The notes beneath the pieces were generated by a model that worked only from the letters and a program-made list of their open reading frames with translations, was not told where the DNA came from and searched no databases. Shown here one piece after another: positions 1-6,806 of a DNA stretch of 64,000 bases. The stretch lies in sequence record ON287372.1; one strand, 5' to 3'. The translations under genes were made by a program, and so were the position numbers. Position 1 is the stretch's first letter; each line of letters starts with the position of its first letter.

Positions 1-342
1 TGTCACTGGCTCAACGACGATATCAGTATCATCCAGCTGAGTGCCGTATTCAGCATTAATCTGTTTGATCAGATCAGAAGTTGTCGTGATGTTACCCAGG
101 GAAGTAAAGATGATAGGTACCGTAAAGATACCTGCGAAATCAACTTTGTTGTACTCGATAACTTTTGAGTCGCGGTATGGGGAGCTTTCCATTGCAACCA
201 TGGTGACTTTGGTATCGTAGTTCGGGTGATCGCCAGCAGTCGGGCCAATGAAGTAAACGTCATTAGGGGAAATGAACGTTCCCTTTTCCTGGTTAATCGC
301 ACTGACCAACAGAACCTTACTTTGTTGGGAGTAATTACTCAT
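1..342 (-). CDS. Baseplate/tail-fibre-associated protein, partial (runs off the window start)
   Basis: Read by hand: ATG at 342 gives MSNYSQQSKVLLVSAINQEKGTFISPNDVYF...IEYNKVDFAGIF...LIKQINAEYGTQLDDTDIV, open to base 1. Same N-terminal domain as 353..2404 and 16660..17226. Confidence 0.75.
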   Translation of the reverse strand, partial: MSNYSQQSKVLLVSAINQEKGTFISPNDVYFIGPTAGDHPNYDTKVTMVAMESSPYRDSKVIEYNKVDFAGIFTVPIIFTSLGNITTTSDLIKQINAEYGTQLDDTDIVVEPVT

Positions 343-352
343 AATGGTTCAC

Positions 353-2404
353 TTACCCTTTCTTAGTGTAGATAAAACGATACGGTGTTTCACGCTGATA
401 ACATGGACGAGCGCCAACCGAGGTATTGTGCAGATACGCTTCACCTTTACCTTTCGGGTAAATGGAGAGAGCACTGCTATCCATCGAGCAGCTCCAATAG
501 TGCGCCAGCGCAGAGCGTACCGAGTTCATCCCGTTGGTGTACCCGGCAGCATCTGGGTTATTCCACTTCGATTTGAACGCAGTCAAACTCAAGTTCAGGG
601 AGTTGGTGTTATCACCAGTATCCTGAACGAAGTTACCTTCACACTCGGAGTAGTTACCGCCAATACGCATTATGGTGACGTTACCGGAGATAGAGGAACC
701 AATACCGTTACCCGTCCCGTCGAACCCGCATTGCTTAACCACAGCATTGATTTCAACTACCCACGGCTTGATACCCATGGTAGGTGTTACTCGGTCGCTG
801 TTATAACGGAAACCGCCACGTTGGCAGTATTGCGCAGTACATCCCTGGACGATTACGTTAGTACCCCAGCTATTGAAACCAGCGTCAGTCCAGCTCCACC
901 CGAAGTCGCAGTTCTTAGCGTACAGATACCCTACAGACTTAGCCTGGGTAATCTCAGTATGGAAGCCGCGGTAGGTGTATTCGAATTTCAGGTTCTCGAT
1001 ATAAACAGAAGAACCGTTTTCGGTACGACCAGAGTTGGATGCGATGATACCTAATACTTGGTTATCCGGTTTACGATCGTTGAACAGGTGAACGTAAGTA
1101 CGACCAGACACCGTATCTATAAAGTACGTCGACTGATTCAGACGGCAATCATCCAGCGTCTTAGCAGCAGTCATTCGAACTGCACCGCCTGCTAATGTGG
1201 AGTTAGCCAAGTCAATAAATGCAGCCAAACGAATGCGGTCGGTAAACCACATGGATTCGCTTTGTTGCGTCCAGGTCAGGTCGTTTACAGTGGCGCTGAA
1301 TACAGGCTTGGTTGTACCATAGCCAATAACATCCAGTGAGCGGTTATTGACCGAGCTAGTCCAGCCATTATTGGCATCGTAACGAACATCGGTACCTTTC
1401 ACCATGATGATACGCGCTTGAGGAACGGCCATCAGTGCACGGTTGAACGATTTAAATGCTTTGCCTTCAGACTGACCATCGTTCAGGTCATTACCTGCTA
1501 CGTTATCGACGTAATAGGTTAATCCAGATTTAGCCTTACGAACAGAGACGTCATAATCGGTAGAGTACGTAATGTTGCCATTTGCGTACGATTTCAGGAT
1601 ACGTACATCTTCATGAATGTTACTCATGAATGACGGCAGAGTAGGCATGATATCCAGCAGTACGCCATTTTCGTCGTAACTGGTTTCACCGCGGTTACCT
1701 ACGATCTCCTTCATCGCGCCATTATTAAAGTGCGCCACCAGAATACCGTTGACCGGATAGCTTTCAAAAGCACGGTACTGGCGATCGGTATCGATACTGA
1801 CTGCTTTGATGCGGCTGTTCAGAACGATAGCCTGACTTGGGCCTGCAAAGCGAGTACCTGTTTCACCGAACGAATAACTATTACCCATAAAGGTAACGGA
1901 ACCGAAGTCACGTGAGAACTGATAGTGCGGACGCTCAAACCAGTCGACTACCAGAGAAGCTTCGCCCAGATAGATATCCGTTTTACCGATGTAGGCGTAA
2001 CTAGGTGCGTTCGCCGTGATCTGTACGTGTTTGATCCCGGTGGCTACATCGTCAGGGCGATATGGACCATCGACGATATCGGCAGCAGTTAAGCCCAGAC
2101 GGTATTTGGCGTTAATAGAAGGCAGCAACCCAGCCAGACGAGATGGGTTCTGGTTTTCCAATGCAGCGTAAGGGCGCTCCAATAAATGGTTGAGATGCAA
2201 CCGTGAATAGTGAACGGTAACCGGGATGTCATTGTTATTCCCAGCATTAGGGGAAACTACTACTTCCGTATTCAAACCGTTCAGTACAAAGTTGTTAACA
2301 ACGGCACCGGATAACGCAATCGTTTTATCCGTAAAGCTGGTTCCGTTGGCTTCGTTGATGAGATCGATTGCAACGAGTTTAGAGTCTTTGGTTAAATCAA
2401 CCAT
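353..2404 (-). CDS. Tail fibre/receptor-binding protein: phiKZ-type N-terminal attachment domain plus C-terminal beta-helix (pectin lyase-like)
   Basis: N-terminus LVAIDLINEANGT...YSRLHLNHLL...INAKYRLGLTAADIVD matches the paralogous domain. YYVDNVAGNDLNDGQSEGKAFKSFNRAL is a typical beta-helix cap. Confidence 0.7.
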   Translation of the reverse strand: MVDLTKDSKLVAIDLINEANGTSFTDKTIALSGAVVNNFVLNGLNTEVVVSPNAGNNNDIPVTVHYSRLHLNHLLERPYAALENQNPSRLAGLLPSINAKYRLGLTAADIVDGPYRPDDVATGIKHVQITANAPSYAYIGKTDIYLGEASLVVDWFERPHYQFSRDFGSVTFMGNSYSFGETGTRFAGPSQAIVLNSRIKAVSIDTDRQYRAFESYPVNGILVAHFNNGAMKEIVGNRGETSYDENGVLLDIMPTLPSFMSNIHEDVRILKSYANGNITYSTDYDVSVRKAKSGLTYYVDNVAGNDLNDGQSEGKAFKSFNRALMAVPQARIIMVKGTDVRYDANNGWTSSVNNRSLDVIGYGTTKPVFSATVNDLTWTQQSESMWFTDRIRLAAFIDLANSTLAGGAVRMTAAKTLDDCRLNQSTYFIDTVSGRTYVHLFNDRKPDNQVLGIIASNSGRTENGSSVYIENLKFEYTYRGFHTEITQAKSVGYLYAKNCDFGWSWTDAGFNSWGTNVIVQGCTAQYCQRGGFRYNSDRVTPTMGIKPWVVEINAVVKQCGFDGTGNGIGSSISGNVTIMRIGGNYSECEGNFVQDTGDNTNSLNLSLTAFKSKWNNPDAAGYTNGMNSVRSALAHYWSCSMDSSALSIYPKGKGEAYLHNTSVGARPCYQRETPYRFIYTKKG

Positions 2405-2503
2405 GGCAAGTTTCCTTCTCCTGTAACATGCTCAGGACTGGGGTTTTATAAGGTGTCATAGTAAGCAGCCCTCTATCAAAAATAAAAGAATGGTACAGAA
2501 TAC

Positions 2504-2541
2504 CTAGAGCGGAGTGCCCGTAAAGGACACTTCCGCTCTAG
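2504..2541. terminator. Stem-loop, probable intrinsic terminator
   Basis: ctagagcggagtgccc-gtaa-aggacacttccgctctag, with a T-rich run downstream on the minus strand. Confidence 0.55.
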
Positions 2542-2544
2542 TAT

Positions 2545-2904
2545 TTAGAAATAACGATTGTAGAAACCACGAATATCATCTTCCGTGAAGAACATATAGA
2601 CCGCCTCTTCGTCAGCTACCCGAAACATGAGCCGATATTTGTCCTCGTAAATTTTACCGTAGATTTTAGTGTACTTACCATCAACCGCATCGCGGCCTCC
2701 GGCAGTCAGTCCCATCTCACGGTGCATTAAGGCGCAGAGGTCATGGAATTCAAAAGGTATGACTTGCTCGTATACTCTAAAGATCGCTGTTTCCAAATGA
2801 CGTTGCCATCTGTCAAACAACTGGATCATACTCGGGTTAGTGGTTTCTGGCCTGGTCATTAGCGCGGATCCCTTTAGTTGGCTTAACTTGCATACCAACT
2901 GCAA
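2545..2904 (-). CDS. Hypothetical protein
   Basis: 119-aa ORF in a minus-strand cluster of small genes; true start may be MTRPETT. Confidence 0.6.
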   Translation of the reverse strand: MQLVCKLSQLKGSALMTRPETTNPSMIQLFDRWQRHLETAIFRVYEQVIPFEFHDLCALMHREMGLTAGGRDAVDGKYTKIYGKIYEDKYRLMFRVADEEAVYMFFTEDDIRGFYNRYF

Positions 2905-3070
2905 CGATTACTGCGCCGGTCCAGATGAAAACGAGAATGGCGGCAAACGAGTAACCGAACTTACCCATGAGGGTAGGTTCTTTGAATGCGTCATATACGC
3001 AGGAACCAATACCACTCCAGCCAATGATCAGAATGATTGCGGAGATAATGTAGAAAGCTTTACGAGTCAT
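2837..3070 (-). CDS. Small membrane protein with two TM helices
   Basis: MTRKAFYIISAIILIIGWSGIG...FAAILVFIWTGAVIVAVG; GAGG RBS before ATG 3070. Confidence 0.65.
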   Translation of the reverse strand: MTRKAFYIISAIILIIGWSGIGSCVYDAFKEPTLMGKFGYSFAAILVFIWTGAVIVAVGMQVKPTKGIRANDQARNH

Positions 3071-3081
3071 CTTTTTGATCC

Positions 3082-3243
3082 TCAATAAATTAAGCGTATG
3101 CGCCGTTTTAAGCGCGAGATTGTTTTGGATGAGATATCATCCAGGTCTTCATGATTAAATGGAGCAGGGGGCTTTATAGGAAGTTTCCCGTTGCTATTTA
3201 ATCGGTTGTTTTCTCTTCTTCGCAGCCTACTTTTACCGGCCAT
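3082..3243 (-). CDS. Small basic protein, 53 aa (not in the ORF track)
   Basis: Read by hand: GAGAGG RBS, then MAGKSRLRRRENNRLNSNGKLPIKPPAPFNHEDLDDISSKTISRLKRRIRLIY*. The stop abuts the next gene's RBS. Confidence 0.55.
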   Translation of the reverse strand: MAGKSRLRRRENNRLNSNGKLPIKPPAPFNHEDLDDISSKTISRLKRRIRLIY

Positions 3244-3344
3244 AAAACACCTCTCAATAATGATGTCATGTTTAATTCATAATGAGAAAGTAATCTCATA
3301 TCTTATGAATTAACCAAAATTAAAACTTCATTAAGGTCAGCGCA

Positions 3345-3551
3345 ATGAATCAGTTAGTAGTAGAAACTGCACGTAAGATCTCCAACATCGTTCCTTCCAA
3401 AGCAAGCCCAGAGCTGAGCGTTATCCATTTCGAAGGCGGCACTAAAGAGTCGTTTATGAAATGGTTTATGGATCAACATAAGCCTGCAATTGGTAAGTTC
3501 ATGGTGAAAGACGTGGAAGGCTTTACTCAAGTTGTTGACAGCCTGAACTAA
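3345..3551 (+). CDS. Hypothetical protein, 68 aa
   Basis: TAAGG RBS, plausible codon usage, followed by a perfect palindrome. Confidence 0.65.
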   Translation: MNQLVVETARKISNIVPSKASPELSVIHFEGGTKESFMKWFMDQHKPAIGKFMVKDVEGFTQVVDSLN

Positions 3552-3557
3552 CATAAA

Positions 3558-3581
3558 GGAGAGTAGCCGCGGCTACTCTCC
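3558..3581. terminator. Perfect 24-bp palindrome between convergent genes
   Basis: ggagagtagccg|cggctactctcc. Confidence 0.65.
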
Positions 3582-3589
3582 CTATGCCG

Positions 3590-3796
3590 TTACATCGGTA
3601 CAAATTCCTCTTGGACCCAACCAAAAGGTACTACGTGAGAAAGCACGCCTTTCAGCTGCTCCTCTTTAGCCAGGTCTTCCCATGGAGGCGTACAATCACC
3701 GAGCAATTCAATTGCTTCCAATGCTAACGGCAGATTCTCGTTAGGCACTAAAGAAAGCGCCTCATGGATAGACTCAACAAAAACAGAACGTCCCAT
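3590..3796 (-). CDS. Hypothetical protein, 68 aa
   Basis: GGGAG RBS; ends at the palindrome. Confidence 0.6.
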   Translation of the reverse strand: MGRSVFVESIHEALSLVPNENLPLALEAIELLGDCTPPWEDLAKEEQLKGVLSHVVPFGWVQEEFVPM

Positions 3797-3860
3797 AGTC
3801 TATTAGCTCCCAAAGCTACAACGGATACAATGTCCATAGTAACCAAGGGAGCGTAAGACT

Positions 3861-4457
3861 TTAGAAGACGGTTATCTCGTTGTTCTTAACGTCGTAACGA
3901 GCGCTAACCATGCTCACGTCACCGTCAGTTTTGTAAACGTTGATAACCCAGGTGTTTTTACCCGGTTTGCTATCGAACTCACCGTGGTCGCATTTGACGC
4001 CTTCCAAGAAGAAGGGTTCTTTCTGCTCGTTGATGATTTCACAAACGCGAGTTGCCATAGCGTCATCTTCATTGGCTGAATCAACCAGACCCAGGGCCAT
4101 AATTGCAACCAGCAGGCCGGCGATGTAGAAGATGAAACCTTTGAAGTTCTCGAAACCACCTTGGCGAGTACGGATGATACGGACAATGCCCCAGACGATA
4201 GGGGATAGCAACATATTCACCCAGACAGTGGTTGGTTTATAACCAGCCGCGGCAACGGATTCGTTATCGCAGTGCGCCAGGTTAACGTTGACAACCAGAA
4301 GAACTACATACGCAACCATATTGACTGTATCGTTGTCGGATACGGCGACGATCATGGTAAATACCGCAAAGGCTGCGATCATGTAATAGAAGAAACGGTT
4401 GGAAACAGCGAAGATGGATTTAGGTTCGTTCTTTTCAATACCGGTTACGATAGACAT
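3861..4457 (-). CDS. Membrane protein (about four TM segments plus a C-terminal soluble domain)
   Basis: Hydrophobic stretches FFYYMIAAFAVFTMIVAV, MVAYVVLLVVNV, WVNMLLSPIVWGIV, FIFYIAGLLVAIMALGLV; AAGGA RBS. Confidence 0.7.
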   Translation of the reverse strand: MSIVTGIEKNEPKSIFAVSNRFFYYMIAAFAVFTMIVAVSDNDTVNMVAYVVLLVVNVNLAHCDNESVAAAGYKPTTVWVNMLLSPIVWGIVRIIRTRQGGFENFKGFIFYIAGLLVAIMALGLVDSANEDDAMATRVCEIINEQKEPFFLEGVKCDHGEFDSKPGKNTWVINVYKTDGDVSMVSARYDVKNNEITVF

Positions 4458-4521
4458 TTTTAATTCCTTGTTAATTAAGTTGGTTGTGTTTAGAATCGAG
4501 TTGGTGACTGGTTATTAACGA

Positions 4522-4878
4522 TTAATCTTCGCGAACTTTAACGGCAACAAATCTGGTAACTGACCCGGCGGCCGCTTTACGATCTAAGGACTTTTCTTCT
4601 TCCTCTTTGACTAAAGCATCAAAGTTAGCTTTTTCATCAATCTTTACCCGATACTCTTCATCGGACAAATTTTCTGCTTCGTAGAGATAAGATTTAACGA
4701 AGCGTTCCAGGTAGCTGTCCGTTTCGACTGTACTGAGTTGGTATTTGAGTTCTTCGATACGCTCTTGTCGCGTATGCGGATATGGGAGCTTGGTGCCGGC
4801 TGCCCGTTGGGACTCTAATACTACCGGATGGTGTTTGGAGCTGTAGTAAGCTTGGGAATGGCGGATATCGTTGTTCAT
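4522..4878 (-). CDS. Hypothetical protein, paralogue of 4913..5167
   Basis: AGGAGA RBS before ATG 4878 (MNNDIRH); contains TKLPYPHTRQERIEEL. Confidence 0.7.
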   Translation of the reverse strand: MNNDIRHSQAYYSSKHHPVVLESQRAAGTKLPYPHTRQERIEELKYQLSTVETDSYLERFVKSYLYEAENLSDEEYRVKIDEKANFDALVKEEEEKSLDRKAAAGSVTRFVAVKVRED

Positions 4879-4912
4879 GGTATTCTCCTGAAAGGTTTTA
4901 GGAATTGGTTTA

Positions 4913-5167
4913 TTAACTCTTGAAATGTTTATGTTCGTACTCGATCCTGCTCTGGTATTGCTCATCGGTAATCGACAATAAATCGAATATTTTACCACCG
5001 ATGAACTGCCTCAGAGTATAATCGTTGCCGGCCTCATCTGCCATAGCTCGGAGTTCATGATATCGCTCTATGCGAGTATGGGGATGAGGAAGTTTGGTTT
5101 TTATTTTACTTGGTGCTTCCCAGATAGTCGTTTTCTGATTAGGCCTTGGGTGGTTTTTAAGATCCAT
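4913..5167 (-). CDS. Hypothetical protein, paralogue of 4522..4878
   Basis: Contains TKLPHPHTRIERYHEL; GGAG RBS. Confidence 0.7.
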   Translation of the reverse strand: MDLKNHPRPNQKTTIWEAPSKIKTKLPHPHTRIERYHELRAMADEAGNDYTLRQFIGGKIFDLLSITDEQYQSRIEYEHKHFKS

Positions 5168-5175
5168 GGCAACTC

Positions 5176-5496
5176 CTATTTGGATTCTAATGCACCGATG
5201 ATAGTTTCAAGTTCCTCATTAGGTACAGAAACAACGGTACCTGCATCAAGGCCTTTAAAGACATTGACCCATGCATATGGCATGAGGTCTTTCATTTCAG
5301 GATTTTGCTCAGCAACCAAAGCCATAGTTTCAGCCAGGGCGAGTTCGTAAACTTCACGGATATCCTGAGTCAGGCTAACGGTGACCAGTTGACCACGGAA
5401 CTTCTCTGCAACTTCTGCATCGATTTCTTTGATTTTATTTTTCAGATCAGCAGCTGTAATACGAGTATTAGTGCTCATGATTTTTTCCTTATGCAA
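5176..5496 (-). CDS. Hypothetical protein
   Basis: 106-aa ORF; likely start MSTNTR after TAAGGA. Confidence 0.7.
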   Translation of the reverse strand: MHKEKIMSTNTRITAADLKNKIKEIDAEVAEKFRGQLVTVSLTQDIREVYELALAETMALVAEQNPEMKDLMPYAWVNVFKGLDAGTVVSVPNEELETIIGALESK

Positions 5497-5528
5497 TATT
5501 TGGTTTTTGTTATTAGTGGATAATTGAA

Positions 5529-5732
5529 TTACTTGGCTTCGGTCAGCTTACGATAAGTACACTGGAAGCAAATCTCGTTACCGGTCAAAGGCACAGTAGC
5601 GAGACGGTCGTGAACCTCGCCACAATGGGCGCAGTTGCATTTAATTGTGCGGGTGATATCAATGCCGCGTTTAAGATAAGTATCAGCCAGCATGTTGTAG
5701 GCTTCGTTAAATGACATAGCTCGAGTTTGCAA
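5529..5732 (-). CDS. Small putative zinc-binding protein
   Basis: CNCAHC...H...CFQC; AAGGAG RBS before a TTG start. Confidence 0.6.
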   Translation of the reverse strand: MQTRAMSFNEAYNMLADTYLKRGIDITRTIKCNCAHCGEVHDRLATVPLTGNEICFQCTYRKLTEAK

Positions 5733-5763
5733 GTGATGCTCCTTTTTATTAAAATGGAAAATA

Positions 5764-5789
5764 GAGCAGAGGACCGAAGTCCTCTGCTC
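5764..5789 (-). terminator. Intrinsic terminator
   Basis: gagcagaggac-cgaa-gtcctctgctc followed by a T-rich tract on the minus strand. Confidence 0.7.
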
Positions 5790-5927
5790 GTATAATGTTT
5801 TGGTCTAGCTTTTTCCGGAAGGGTTGACCTAACACCATTAAGTTAAAGTGAATGAATATGGGTGTCTTATGTCCTTATTCACGCAGGGTATATAGTTCTC
5901 AAATTATTTGGAAACGGCCGTAATTAA

Positions 5928-6724
5928 CTACATCGCTGAGTTGAAGTAGTTGTGGTAAAGATTACGGATAGTAACCCCATTCGGTGTGCCATCAGAGGCA
6001 GGATCAAATTGAGACATGTTGATACGCATTTGGATGTGCGTAGCCCAACGAGGATATGCGTCATTACCTGGGTCGCCACTGAAGGTATTTGAACTCACCA
6101 GAGGAAGACCGGAATTAGATGCGCGGGTAGCGGCTGCTTGTAGAGCGTCACTAACATCGTAATAAACTTCTTTACCTGACTCACGACTAGAGACTTTAAT
6201 CCCATAGTCAAAAAGATTAACTTCCTTAGTAACACGTTCCCAATACCAGTCTGTAGACGAAGTGATCAAATGACCACCATCATCCACTACATTACCTTGG
6301 CGAGCAATAAAACTACCACCACCGGTAGACTGAGTTTTGTCGTAGCTCTTAACGTTGACAATCTCACCGGTGTAATAAGGTGCCCGTTTGCGTAAGTCAG
6401 CGATAGTACTAACTGGGAGAATCATTGTCACGCCTTTGGCTGTCATGCGAGTAACCTTGTTACCCGAACCATCCATGACTTCCATAGCGCCGCCTGAAGT
6501 AGCGACGTATTCGTTTACTGCAACTTTTTCTGCTGAAGTATATTAGTAGCGGCAATACCTTCCGCTAAGGACATGAATGCATTCTCAAAGTTAATCGTAT
6601 TACGCAATTGCGTAAGCGTAACCTTATTGGTATCTGCAGAAGGATCCGCAGCAGGGAAGAAGTCTCCTTCCAGTACTGCAGCTTTTGCAGGTAACTCTGT
6701 AATCTTTTTCTGATATTCGCTCAT
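5928..6724 (-). pseudogene. Frameshifted and truncated tailspike gene (ORFs 6515..6724 and 5928..6485)
   Basis: The first ORF encodes the shared anchor (KKITELP...FENAFMSLAEG). The -1 frame from 6542 continues YTSAEKVAVNEY...MDGSG, matching YENSAKFAVLQY...GVDG of the paralogue. It then encodes a head domain (ADLRKRAP...GGGSF...DDGG) and stops without a full beta-helix. Confidence 0.75.
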
Positions 6725-6806
6725 GTCGCAACAACCTTAATAGTCTAGAACCGTCATAAAAAGCATTATAAAGCTCCGGTAGGTTTATCCCACCGGAGCC
6801 ATTATT

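Noticed and set aside
69-302. 77-aa minus-strand ORF in the track
   Set aside because: Wrong frame; the frame from ATG 342 encodes the recognisable paralogous domain.
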